Shown in pieces: positions 44,475 to 53,691 of a DNA stretch of 64,000 bases. The position numbers and the translations under genes are program-made. The notes under the pieces were generated by a model. The model searched no databases. It was not told the DNA's origin and was given only the letters and a program-made list of their open reading frames with translations. The DNA comes from Chloroflexota bacterium. Lineage in GTDB: Bacteria > Chloroflexota > Dehalococcoidia > SHYD01 > JACQUQ01. The stretch spans positions 142 through 64,141 of the forward strand of contig JACQUQ010000025.1 in the NCBI GenBank assembly GCA_016210175.1. The letters are read 5' to 3'. Positions within the stretch are counted from its first letter, which is position 1; each line of letters opens with the position of its first letter.

Positions 44475-44548
44475 TGATTCTCCTCGCACGCGGCATCGGC
44501 CCCCGGAGCGAACCCCGGGGGCCGATAACCACACAACGCGACCAACGG

Positions 44549-45595
44549 TTAGCGGAGGGGACGCGCCCGCCGGACCTGCCGCTCACTCACCGGAGTGCCG
44601 GCCCGCCAGCCAGGCCCCATCCCGAGCGCGCTGACCACGACGTACGCGCCGTCAGACTGCTCGCGGCCGATAACCGCGCCACAGCCCGGGTCCGGCGCGT
44701 AGCGCAGCGGCTCGCTGATCCCGCGCTCCCGGCAGAGCCGGGCGCAGGCGCGGGCCCACTCCCCGAACACCTGGCGCGCCAGCGGCTCAGGGAGACTGCG
44801 GACCTCAACGGCCTCAAGGCAGGCTATGGCAGCAGTCGGCTCACGCCGGTACTCCCTCCGTGCTGCCCAGAGCGCCTCCTCGGCGACATTGACTTTGACA
44901 GTCAGCTCGCGCTGCGCGATGATGTTCCTCAGGGAAGCGACCTCAGGATCGTCGGGATACTCGCTGGCTACGGGTCCCAACAGTCCCTGCGCTTCCGCCA
45001 ATCGCCCCGCTTCAAGTGCTTCTTTCACCTGGGCGAGGGCTCCGAAGAGTCGCCGGGCCTTTTCTGCTTCGGCGGCTTTTGCTTTCTCCTCCGCTTCCTG
45101 CCGCTGGCGCTCCTCCAGGATCTGCTCCAGATCGAGCTGAGACGCAAGCCGTTCCACTTCCTGACGGCGCTCCTGGGCCAGCCGGGTTGCCGCCGCTTCG
45201 GCCTGCGCCGCCAGCGCCGCAACCCGACGCGCGCTGGCGCGGGCGTCCTCGGCAAACGCGCGCTCCATCAGCCCCTCGGCCTCGCATCGAACCTGCTGCG
45301 CTCGCTCCCGGGCCTGCTCCGCCTCCTGTTGCTGCGCCACCGCTCGGTCGTACCGTTCCAGGTCACGGAGGGCGAGCATCCGCGCCTCCTGGTCCCGGCG
45401 AGCGACGGCGGATAGCGTAGCGCTCGCAGCCTCAAGCTCTGCCAGCAGCTCCGCGAGCGAGCTGGTGGTCTCTTCCATAGGAACTGCATCATCGGGACTG
45501 CCCATCGGTTCGGGGTCCAGCCCGGCCGGAAGGTCATCCAGATTGAGCGCTTCCGCCAGTTCAGCGAAGCTCTTGAGTACCGTAGTCTGCGACAT
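44549..45595 (-). CDS. Coiled-coil hypothetical protein
   Basis: Start at Met18 of the track ORF (MSQTTVLKSFAEL...). Long Ala/Glu/Arg heptad-like region followed by a globular C-terminal ~120 aa. Confidence 0.6.
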   Translation of the reverse strand: MSQTTVLKSFAELAEALNLDDLPAGLDPEPMGSPDDAVPMEETTSSLAELLAELEAASATLSAVARRDQEARMLALRDLERYDRAVAQQQEAEQARERAQQVRCEAEGLMERAFAEDARASARRVAALAAQAEAAATRLAQERRQEVERLASQLDLEQILEERQRQEAEEKAKAAEAEKARRLFGALAQVKEALEAGRLAEAQGLLGPVASEYPDDPEVASLRNIIAQRELTVKVNVAEEALWAARREYRREPTAAIACLEAVEVRSLPEPLARQVFGEWARACARLCRERGISEPLRYAPDPGCGAVIGREQSDGAYVVVSALGMGPGWRAGTPVSERQVRRARPLR

Positions 45596-45642
45596 GACAA
45601 GCCTCCTTCGTGTGCATTGGTCATGATTCGGGATGTGGATCC

Positions 45643-46209
45643 TCATATGATGCTCTGGGCGGCACCTGCACCGTTCGCGTGTGGTGCCAGCGGGTCCGGT
45701 TTGAACGTCGTGAGCCGCGTGCGCTGGACGTCATCCGGCGGCGAGACTCCGAGTTCCACAGGAACCAGTACACTGCCGCCACCCTGCTGGGTAGCGAGAC
45801 CGATGCACTGATCAGCGAGGACCGCCAGCAGTTCGTTGACGTCGAGCCGGCGATCATTCACTTGCAGCGCCAGCCGGACTAGGGCGAAGCGGCTGCCGTC
45901 CGGCCGCTTCCCGACCTGGTAACACCCAGCCAATTGGTGGTCGGTCTGGATCACCTGCTGCACAACCACTGCGAGTTCGGCTGGCAGCGGCGCACCCAGC
46001 ACCCGCTGCATCTGGCGGAGGCCGGTGCGGAGCTCCCACTCCAGGCTCCGTCGCCTGGTCTTGTCAGCCACCAGCACCTCGATCTGGACCTGGCGGCACC
46101 GGCGGCAGAACCCTTGCCAGCGCCGGCAAAGGGCCTGCCAGAGGAGAGACAGCGCGGCACAGAGTCTGCCGTCCCGCCGTCGCCATTGGCTTCGTTTTGG
46201 TCTGGACAT
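45643..46209 (-). CDS. Hypothetical protein
   Basis: Start at Met18 of the track ORF (MSRPKRSQWRRRDG...). Basic N-terminus. Confidence 0.45.
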   Translation of the reverse strand: MSRPKRSQWRRRDGRLCAALSLLWQALCRRWQGFCRRCRQVQIEVLVADKTRRRSLEWELRTGLRQMQRVLGAPLPAELAVVVQQVIQTDHQLAGCYQVGKRPDGSRFALVRLALQVNDRRLDVNELLAVLADQCIGLATQQGGGSVLVPVELGVSPPDDVQRTRLTTFKPDPLAPHANGAGAAQSII

Positions 46210-46232
46210 GGTTCGTCTCCATTCTGAGAAAT

Positions 46233-46265
46233 GAGAAATGCCGAGCACTAAGCTCGGCATTTCTC
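46233..46265 (-). terminator. Hairpin terminator after the recombinase fragment
   Basis: GAGAAATGCCGAGC actaa GCTCGGCATTTCTC. On the minus strand it is followed by ATTTCTCAG. Confidence 0.55.
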
Positions 46266-46408
46266 ATTGCATGGGGTTTGGGAGTGTGTGGATGTTACGG
46301 GCGGTCAAGGGGCATGGTGTTCCCTCCTTTCACTGCTATCAGCGGATGGGCGAGCCGGCGAGGCGGCCGCAACGGGTACACTGGCTGTCACATGCGCGGC
46401 CGGCAGGT

Positions 46409-46783
46409 TTACAGGTGGAGCATGCGCATCCAGTTATCCCTCTGGTGGTCAGGGAAGTCGACAAAGATCACCTGGCAGCCGGCGTGTTCCCACTCCCTGA
46501 GCAGTCTCTCGACCTCGGCGATCTGCCGGGCTACCCGGTCCGGGCTGCTGACGAGCAGGATGTCGATTTCGCCCTGTGCGATGGTAGCCCGGAGCCGGTC
46601 CAGCGCGGGGCGCGCCAGTTGATTGCCGCTGCACCCGTTATCCTGATAGACCTGCTCAGGGGCTACCGACCAGCCCTGCTCGCGGGCGTAAGCATGGAGG
46701 CAACCTATCTGGTCGACCATTGCCTGAGCAGCCGGTTGATCCTCAGACGCAACGCGGGCATAGACCGCGACTCGCTTCGTCAT
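46409..46783 (-). CDS. Serine recombinase catalytic domain only (truncated, possibly inactive)
   Basis: Start at Met56 of the track ORF with AAGGAG upstream. VAVYARVASEDQ (Ala where the catalytic Ser is expected), DNGCSG, RPALDRL, SPDRVAR. Stops after ~124 aa with no DNA-binding domain. Confidence 0.65.
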   Translation of the reverse strand: MTKRVAVYARVASEDQPAAQAMVDQIGCLHAYAREQGWSVAPEQVYQDNGCSGNQLARPALDRLRATIAQGEIDILLVSSPDRVARQIAEVERLLREWEHAGCQVIFVDFPDHQRDNWMRMLHL

Positions 46784-46947
46784 TGGTATAGTCTCCTTTT
46801 CATTCCACCACCCGCCAGCCAATCCACAGATGTCCGTGAGGGGACACCAGGAGTGCGGAGATTGTCCACAGGATTCCGTACGATGGGGGCCCGCAGCCAC
46901 TCTCTGCCAGGTCGTGCTTGAATTAGCGGCGCCGGGCCAGGGGAACA

Positions 46948-47421
46948 TCAGGCGTCTCCGCTATCACGTGAGGGTCTGTCGGTCACCACCGACGCGTCGG
47001 CTGGCAACTCAGCCGCGTTCTGCAGCACCCGAGCCACCGCATCCGGCAGCGAGCGCACGCGATTCGGCCCAAAGCCGGACGAGCGTTCACCGCCAATTCC
47101 GCTGAGTTGGTCCACAATCGCCGCGACCCGATTGCGGGCCGGCGTCGGACCCGGAAGGCGCAGGCAGAGCGAACACAGCCGACCGATGGCTTCAGCCAGG
47201 GCGGCGATATCTGACCCTGCCTTGCCGATATTCAGGAAGACCTCGAACGGCTCACACCCGGCGGCCGCCTCACGGTAGTTCACCGTGACGAAAGCGGTTC
47301 CCAGCGGCGTTTCCGTCCGGTAGGTCGATCCGCTCAGCACTCGGGGCCGCACCAGGAGACCCTCAGCGGTCACCTCAGACTGAGATTCAGTCGGGACGCT
47401 GGGTAGTACGGTGTCCGGCAT
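46948..47421 (-). CDS. TSCPD-domain protein (stand-alone homologue of the class II RNR C-terminal region)
   Basis: 157 aa with [41 protein letters not shown] and VRSLPDAVA. Confidence 0.7.
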   Translation of the reverse strand: MPDTVLPSVPTESQSEVTAEGLLVRPRVLSGSTYRTETPLGTAFVTVNYREAAAGCEPFEVFLNIGKAGSDIAALAEAIGRLCSLCLRLPGPTPARNRVAAIVDQLSGIGGERSSGFGPNRVRSLPDAVARVLQNAAELPADASVVTDRPSRDSGDA

Positions 47422-47653
47422 ACTCCCTCCTCTCGGCGCGGACCGTCAGAACGGGAAGGTCTCCGTCGAAATAACCGTGCTCGACAAGCCAGCGGAGAAA
47501 GAGCAACCGAGCGTGGGGGGTGATCTCTCGGAACTCACCACGCTCATGGCGCACCTTCAGTGCGACCAGCCGCTGGGCCTCCCGCAGCGAGAATCCGCGG
47601 GCGCGCAGGGCCAGGGCTGCTGCCGTTGGCCCCATGCTCCAGAAATCCATCAT
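47387..47653 (-). CDS. Hypothetical small protein
   Basis: Start at Met106 of the track ORF ([14 protein letters not shown]...). GGAGG lies 5 nt upstream. Overlaps the TSCPD gene start by 35 nt. Confidence 0.5.
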   Translation of the reverse strand: MMDFWSMGPTAAALALRARGFSLREAQRLVALKVRHERGEFREITPHARLLFLRWLVEHGYFDGDLPVLTVRAERREYAGHRTTQRPD

Positions 47654-48066
47654 CCTGCCTCCTTCCGAACCTGCCCGGGTCTCACTGGAAACCGGGCAGC
47701 GGGTAACGACCCCTGGCTCACCGCCAGCAGATGGTGCCAGCATGCCGGGCCAGGCGAAGTGGTCGAGAGCGTGCGGCGAGTCTTCTCCCTCGCTGCCGTC
47801 GTTCTCACTTCGCCGTGATCGGCCTGCTGCCGGATGGCTCTGATCGACAGTACGGGAGAGCACGCTCGTTTCCGATCCAGTACCGCCGCGGCCGAACCTC
47901 GCCGTTGGCCTATTAGGACGCTTGCCGGGAGAGCACGCTCGCGGGCCGCTTCTGAAAGCTGACGCCACATCCCGTCTGGTCCGGGGCAGGACGCAATCCC
48001 CATCGGCTTTATAGGGTAAGCCGACTGCACCACATCAACACTCTCAGCGTAGACCGGCTCGCTTTC

Positions 48067-48103
48067 CGGCCACTTACCGGCCGCTTACCCGCCACTTACC
48101 AGA
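48067..48103 (-). repeat. Three 11-bp-phased GGTAAG(T/C) heptamers (inverted relative to the 53.6-kb array)
   Basis: The reverse complement reads GGTAAGTGGCG GGTAAGCGGCC GGTAAGTGGCC. Related single copies (GGGTAAG / GGGTAAT) lie near 48013 and 48361. Confidence 0.8.
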
Positions 48104-48486
48104 GCAAATTTTTCGGAAATGTCTGGGGAGTGCATCGGGTCGGGGAACAGCCAGGCCCCGCCCTTCGGCACTCCGGCGTGCGGTCGGTGGGACGGCGAAG
48201 AATCGGGGAATTTCCGGAGGCCAGGGGCGGTGGACGACGGAGCCGCATGACCAGGATGCGCGGCCCATCCATGTCCCAAATCAAATCGAGCGTCGGGGAC
48301 GATCTGCCGGGAGGCTAGGCACGATTCCAGACCCAAACGGCGGGGGTTCGGCTGGCTATATAGGGTAATAGGACGTTTGACGCCGTAGCACCGCGGCGCT
48401 AGACTCCGCTGCTAGAGCGAGCGAATACGTGACCCAGGCGTCCCCTCTTACCTTCCCGCCTGGTGTCCATCAGGAAAGGCGTCCAG

Positions 48487-48690
48487 TGGCTGGCTCATAT
48501 GTAGGCTACTTCGATGAGTCTGGTACCAACCCCGAATCAACGGTTCTTGGTATCGCCGAACTAGGAGAAGTTTTCGGTTGAGTGGGAAGATGCCCTGATT
48601 GAATTTGGCCTGAAGGACGACCCTGGCTACTTCCATATGACTGACTTCGAGAATGCGCTATGTGCACCAGATAGCACATGAGACAAATAG
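48487..48690 (+). pseudogene. Decayed DUF3800-like gene fragment
   Basis: GTG 48487 gives VAGSYVGYFDESGTNPESTVLGIAELGEVFG then a stop. A shifted frame continues FSVEWEDALIEFGLKDDPGYFHMTDFENAL then a stop. YxDESG and FHM.DF are DUF3800 hallmarks, from memory. Confidence 0.35.
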
Positions 48691-49534
48691 GATGAATAGT
48701 TATCTTCTCTCTCTCGAGCAGCTATCCAATAGGTTCCTTGAGGCGGCAGCACGGCATTTTGCCTACCCATACTGGTTCATTCTCTCCGTCGGCCACCAGC
48801 ACCTGTATTACCTGGGAGCCGATCATGTTTTCATCCCGGAGCACATGCAGTTCCGCGGCACCGATTTCCTATGGCGGCAGTTCCTGGATCGCACTGAGGG
48901 ACACACCCGCCTGGCACTGATCGAAGGCCGGCTACACCTGGTTGAGGAGGATCGGCGCGCTGCTGTAGCGGACGCCGAGGCCGCCATTCGGAACTTCGGC
49001 GAGTCAGGGTACGTTGCGCATCTGGCCCATCGCGCTGGTGTGTCATGGCATTGCCCGGAACCTTCGGAGGAACGGGAACTCGGGCACCTGAGCCAGCGAT
49101 TTGGTCGGGATGCGACGGCATACCATTACTTCGCTCGCCAGGTCCGCCAGTGGCAGCGGGTGACCAGCGGCGAGACGTTTGACGCCTATCTCTCCCGGTA
49201 CCTCGCGCGCTTCGCGGGCGCCGCAGGGTGGTCCGGCTACGACTTCTCTCTCGATCACATGCGGGCGCTGCACGACGCAGCACACGATCACCCGTTTGAC
49301 CCGGAAGCCTGTCAGTGCTTCGATCTCGACCTCGATCCCGGCAGCAGCCCAGTGAGCTTGGCATCGCTCGACTTTCGGGACACACAGGTAGTTCAGGAGA
49401 TCATCCGCCTCTGGCAGTCAGGCGCCAGCCTCTTCGTCATGTATGGTGCTGCCCATGCCTTTCGCCAGGAGGCGGCGCTTCGCCGATTGCTGCCACATGA
49501 CGAGTTTGAGACGGCGTGGAACGGAACAAACTGA
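48653..49534 (+). CDS. Hypothetical protein (weak resemblance to the TraB/PrgY/ChaN Tiki-like superfamily)
   Basis: 293 aa. The region is visibly lower in GC. Start uncertain (48653 or 48692). LFVMYGAAHA near the C-terminus recalls the GxxH motif of that superfamily. Confidence 0.45.
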   Translation: MRYVHQIAHETNRMNSYLLSLEQLSNRFLEAAARHFAYPYWFILSVGHQHLYYLGADHVFIPEHMQFRGTDFLWRQFLDRTEGHTRLALIEGRLHLVEEDRRAAVADAEAAIRNFGESGYVAHLAHRAGVSWHCPEPSEERELGHLSQRFGRDATAYHYFARQVRQWQRVTSGETFDAYLSRYLARFAGAAGWSGYDFSLDHMRALHDAAHDHPFDPEACQCFDLDLDPGSSPVSLASLDFRDTQVVQEIIRLWQSGASLFVMYGAAHAFRQEAALRRLLPHDEFETAWNGTN

Positions 49535-50144
49535 TTATCTAATAGTCGCTCCCTGTCCTTCGAGACCTCGTGCCTCCGAACTGGTGTATGGAGGTCTCTG
49601 GCTGCCCTCATCCGCCCACCGAGACAAGCTGCCAGTCTGGTCCAACGCACCAGGAATGGTCTGGATTTTGTCGCGATTTTGATACGAATGACCACCGATT
49701 CCCGGCTAACAAAAGCGACCCCGCGGCGTTAATTATGTTCAGGAGTGCGTAGCTACCTCACCGCGGGCAAACAGGTACGACTGCTGGATACCGCTTGCAT
49801 CCGTGGCGCTGGTGGCTCAGACACCTGCCTACGGACCCTCGGCAGAGGCAGTCGATGGAATCGGATTCAGCGGCTGAGGCTGCTCACTCTATACCCACCT
49901 CGGAAGCCCGTGGTGTTCCGCTTCGGTTACCTCACGCGGTCCTCCTGTGTACTCGCGTCCTTCGGCTGGCGGCGCTCATGCTGACTGACCCGGCTGAGCC
50001 GAGGGCGTCTCTCACCCCTTCGCCAACGACCAATCCCAAGCGACCGCGATCCATATGCAGACGGCAGGCGCGCCTGCTTCACGGGCGCGCGCCGTGCTGC
50101 GCCCTGGCGACGGTCCACCACTCGAACATGGCAAGGAGGTAACC

Positions 50145-50831
50145 GTGGCTGCCACGACGCTCTCGCCGGCCCGTGCGCTGCGCCAGCCGCGACACCTGGA
50201 CTGGCGATCTATCTTCGGGGTCTTCCTTCTTCTGGTCGCCACCGGAGGGTCGCTCGCCTTCTGGACGGTCTCTTCCGATACCCGTGCTGTTGTGGTAGCC
50301 ACACGCGACCTCCCCGCCGGAGCGACGCTCTCGGCGACGGACCTTGCTGTGGCGAGAGTTCGGGTAGACGACACGATCTACCACGCATCACTTCCGGCGG
50401 ATGAGCTGACCACAATCGTCGGGAAGCAGCTCGCCGAACCGGTGCATGCACATCAACTGCTGGTCCGGCCGCAGCTCTCCAATCGACCTGTCCTCGCGCC
50501 AAACCAGTTGGCGCTCACGATCGCCATAAGCCCGGAGACGGCGGTTGGGGGACGGCTGCGGCCGGGCGACGCAGTCCAGGTCCTCGTGACCACGAACAAG
50601 GGCAAGCCCGAAGCGCGGTCGTCCGTCGTGCTGCCGCGAGTAACGGTCTATGACGTCGGGTACGACCAGCGCGTGACTGTGGTCAATACGGACGTCGCGG
50701 ATCGTCCTGCGACCCAGGGGCCGGCGAAGTGGTTGACACTGATCGTCACGTCGGAACAGGCGCTGCAGCTGGCGCAGGCCCGTCATTCCGGCGAACTCGA
50801 TGTGGCGCTGCTGCCGCCGGAGCAACCGTAG
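50145..50831 (+). CDS. cpaB: Flp pilus assembly protein CpaB/RcpC-like (SAF domain)
   Basis: In-frame GTG 50145 with AAGGAGG 5 nt upstream. TM segment followed by VVVATRDLPAGATLSATDL (SAF). Confidence 0.8.
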   Translation: MAATTLSPARALRQPRHLDWRSIFGVFLLLVATGGSLAFWTVSSDTRAVVVATRDLPAGATLSATDLAVARVRVDDTIYHASLPADELTTIVGKQLAEPVHAHQLLVRPQLSNRPVLAPNQLALTIAISPETAVGGRLRPGDAVQVLVTTNKGKPEARSSVVLPRVTVYDVGYDQRVTVVNTDVADRPATQGPAKWLTLIVTSEQALQLAQARHSGELDVALLPPEQP

Positions 50832-50837
50832 CGGTAG

Positions 50838-52259
50838 GTGAACAGCATGATGCACACGGACAACGGAACCGGTAACCAGGGAGATCAGCAGGCCACTCGG
50901 CCGATCGGCGACACCCGGCGGCCTGCTCTTCGACTGGCGGTCGGTCTTGGCGACCCCGGGAGGGAGAGCGAGTTCCTGCCGGCGCTCGGTGAGTCCGGAG
51001 ACTTTACTATCATTGAGCGCTGTCTTGCCGCGGAACCACTCCTTGCCTGCCTCCGCCGGGGACAGGTTGACGCTGCACTGGTCGCGGCCGATCTGCACCG
51101 CCTGAGTGGCACAGTCCTTGAGGAATTGGCCCGGACTCGCATCCCACTGGTGCTTCTGACGCCGGCAGCCGAAACGCAGCGGTGGCGCGATTTCCCCGGC
51201 GTCGTGGTGCCGCTCGATGCCGACCCCGCGGCCGTACGCGACGCGCTGCTCGCCGCCGTCCGCGGGGAGCGACCGACGCTTTCAGCTGCCGCGCCGCAAG
51301 TGGAAGTCCCTCAACCCGAGTTGACTCCGGGGATCGACCTCGCAGCGGACACCCTTTCGCTCATTTCCGTAGCAAGCGGACACGGGAGTCCGGGCCGGAC
51401 AACCCTTGCCCTGAGCCTCGCGGCAGCCCTTGGCGCAGTCGCTCCGACGGTACTCGTGGATGCAGATCTCGCCGGACCCAGCGTCGCCGCATACCTGGAC
51501 GCGGACCCGACGCGCAATCTTTACATGCTGGCGCACGCCGAACCCGAGTCTCCGGGAGAATGGGAACGGGCCATTCTGCAGGAAACGCAGCCTCTTGGCG
51601 CCCGCAGTCCCCACGGTGTGGTGCTCTGCGGCGTGCCCAAACCCGACATGCGGGGCGGCATCTCAGCGCGCTTCATGGAGCGGCTTCTTGGCGAACTTCG
51701 ACGACGCTACCGCTATGTCATCGTTGACTGTGGAGCCGACCTCGTCGTCGGTTCGGACGCTGGCGTGCACCGTACCGTGATCGGACTGACGCAGCAGGTG
51801 CTCCTCGTGGCGTCTGCTGATCTAGTGGGGCTGTGGCATGCACGTACAGCCCTGGACACCCTGAAAACGCACCTGCAGATCGACCCTGACCGGGTCGCCC
51901 TGGTGGTTAACCGCCACGACCGCCGCTACCATCACGGACGTATGGAGATTGAATGGACGCTCGGCATCTCCAGCGCGGCCCTCATCCCCTACGACCATTC
52001 GGCGATCCAGCGGGCGGTTGCCAGGCAGCGACCGTTGGTGTGGGACGACCGCAGTCGAGCCGCCCGCGCGGTCCTGGACCTGGCAGAGCGGGTGCATGCC
52101 GGCACCATTGTGCTGCCGCCCGAACCGACAACTGGTGGACAGCCGCGCTGGCGGCAATGGGTATCGGCGCTGCACCTGCCGTGGCCGGGGCGGAACGGGG
52201 CAAGTCCGAAGACAGCGAAGGGAGTTCCGGATGGCGACTACGTCACCCCCGTCGGTTAA
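50838..52259 (+). CDS. tadZ: TadZ/CpaE-like ParA/MinD-family ATPase with receiver-like N-domain
   Basis: 473 aa. Deviant Walker A context ISVASGHGSPGRTTLALSLA. VIVDCGAD. Confidence 0.8.
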   Translation: MNSMMHTDNGTGNQGDQQATRPIGDTRRPALRLAVGLGDPGRESEFLPALGESGDFTIIERCLAAEPLLACLRRGQVDAALVAADLHRLSGTVLEELARTRIPLVLLTPAAETQRWRDFPGVVVPLDADPAAVRDALLAAVRGERPTLSAAAPQVEVPQPELTPGIDLAADTLSLISVASGHGSPGRTTLALSLAAALGAVAPTVLVDADLAGPSVAAYLDADPTRNLYMLAHAEPESPGEWERAILQETQPLGARSPHGVVLCGVPKPDMRGGISARFMERLLGELRRRYRYVIVDCGADLVVGSDAGVHRTVIGLTQQVLLVASADLVGLWHARTALDTLKTHLQIDPDRVALVVNRHDRRYHHGRMEIEWTLGISSAALIPYDHSAIQRAVARQRPLVWDDRSRAARAVLDLAERVHAGTIVLPPEPTTGGQPRWRQWVSALHLPWPGRNGASPKTAKGVPDGDYVTPVG

Positions 52260-53559
52260 CGGACGGCTGGCGGCCCCCGTGGACCGGGCCGCCGAACGGA
52301 CGCTGCGGGAAGAAATCCGAGTGGCAGTCAGCCGCCTCCTGGGCGAGCGGCAGCTCCTCACGCCTGGACGCGAGGACGAGGAACGCATCCGCGCGCTCAT
52401 CCGGGAGCAGGTGGCGGCGTATCAGCGCCGGGCCGCGACGATCAACGCCCCCCTGCTCGTCGAACCTGAGGCCGTCGAACAGCGGCTCTTTAATGGTCTG
52501 CTGCGGCTGGGCATTCTCCAACCGTTTATGGAGGCGCCGGCAGTCGAAGAGATTATCTGCAATGGGCCGAACAGAATCTTCGTCATTGAGAACGGGGAAA
52601 AGCGGCTGGTCCACGACCTCTACTTCGACGACGATGAAGAACTGCGCCAGCTCATCAAGCGCCTGATTGGTCCCCTCGGACGCCGCCTCGACGAGTCCTC
52701 ACCCATGGTTGACGCCCGGCTCCCCGATGGCTCGCGCCTCAACGCCGCCATCCCGCCGGCAACGACCCGCTGGTGCTGCGTCACCATCCGGAAATTCACC
52801 CTGCGCGCGTTCGCGCTCGAGCAGCTCGTCGAGCTTGGCACCCTGACCGACGCGGCCGCGCAGTTCCTTGACGCGGCGGTCCAGGCCGGGGTGAACATCC
52901 TGGTCAGCGGGAGCACCGGCGCGGGCAAGACCACCATGCTCAACTGTCTGGGCGCCTCCATTGCCTCGCTTGATGAGCGGGTCGTGACCGTGGAGGAGGT
53001 GGCGGAGCTCCAGCTTGACCGGCAACTTCCGGACTGCGTCGCACTCCAGGCCCGCGCCGGCAACATGGAGGGCGTCGGCGAGATCCGGATCCGGGACCTG
53101 GTCAGGAATGCCCTGCGGATGCGCCCGACGCGCATCGTCGTCGGTGAGGTCCGCGGGGCCGAGGCTCTGGACATGCTCCTAGCGATGAACACGGGCCATG
53201 AAGGATCGCTGACCACCATCCACGGCAACTCCCCCCGCGACGCGCTGGATCGGCTGGCCACGCTGGCGATGATGGCCGAGGAGCGCTTGTCGGGTGAAGC
53301 GCTGGCAAAGATGGTCGCACGCACCATCGAGCTGGTGCTGCAACTGCAATTTGACCCCCGCACCGGTCGCCGGCGTCTGGTCAGCATTTTCGAGGTGGCC
53401 GGGCTCGAAGGCAACGTGATCACAGGACAGGAACTCTGGCAGCTCGACCCGACCCGTGACCGGCTGGTCTGGACGGGCATCCAGCCGCGATGCCTCCAGA
53501 AAATGGCAGCCCGGGGCGTCGTCTATGCCCCCCCGGCCGCGTTGGAAGATGCCCGTTAG
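52231..53559 (+). CDS. tadA: TadA/CpaF secretion ATPase
   Basis: Start at Met95 of the track ORF with AAGGGAG upstream. ILVSGSTGAGKTT (Walker A), VGEVRGAEA, TGHEGSLTTIHGNS. Confidence 0.9.
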   Translation: MATTSPPSVNGRLAAPVDRAAERTLREEIRVAVSRLLGERQLLTPGREDEERIRALIREQVAAYQRRAATINAPLLVEPEAVEQRLFNGLLRLGILQPFMEAPAVEEIICNGPNRIFVIENGEKRLVHDLYFDDDEELRQLIKRLIGPLGRRLDESSPMVDARLPDGSRLNAAIPPATTRWCCVTIRKFTLRAFALEQLVELGTLTDAAAQFLDAAVQAGVNILVSGSTGAGKTTMLNCLGASIASLDERVVTVEEVAELQLDRQLPDCVALQARAGNMEGVGEIRIRDLVRNALRMRPTRIVVGEVRGAEALDMLLAMNTGHEGSLTTIHGNSPRDALDRLATLAMMAEERLSGEALAKMVARTIELVLQLQFDPRTGRRRLVSIFEVAGLEGNVITGQELWQLDPTRDRLVWTGIQPRCLQKMAARGVVYAPPAALEDAR

Positions 53560-53599
53560 GCGAAGAAATCTGGCAGGAAAATTTTCTTGGGTTGTTCCT

Positions 53600-53675
53600 G
53601 GTAAGTGGCCGGTAAGCGGCCGGTAAGTGACGGGTAAGTGGCCGGTAAGTGAGGGAAGGTAGGGTAAGTAGGGAA
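53600..53675 (+). repeat. Tandem array of 11-bp units (heptamer GGTAAG(T/C) + 4-bp spacer) in the tadA-tadB intergenic region
   Basis: Five in-phase units start at 53600, 53611, 53622, 53633 and 53644. Degenerate copies follow (GGTAGGG at 53658, GGTAAGT at 53663). TAGGGT (53660-53665) is a possible -10 element. Confidence 0.85.
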
Positions 53676-53691
53676 GAAACCTGGTGAGGAG

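Noticed and set aside
11398-47653. Calling the whole block an integrative conjugative element or a prophage.
   Set aside because: I found no relaxase, coupling protein, VirB4-type ATPase, capsid, terminase or portal genes in the window, and no matching att repeats. It is safer to call it a plasmid/phage-like accessory replication island of undefined type.
53600-53675. Tandem repeat considered as a CRISPR array.
   Set aside because: The units are 11 bp and contiguous with no spacers. There are no cas genes in the window.
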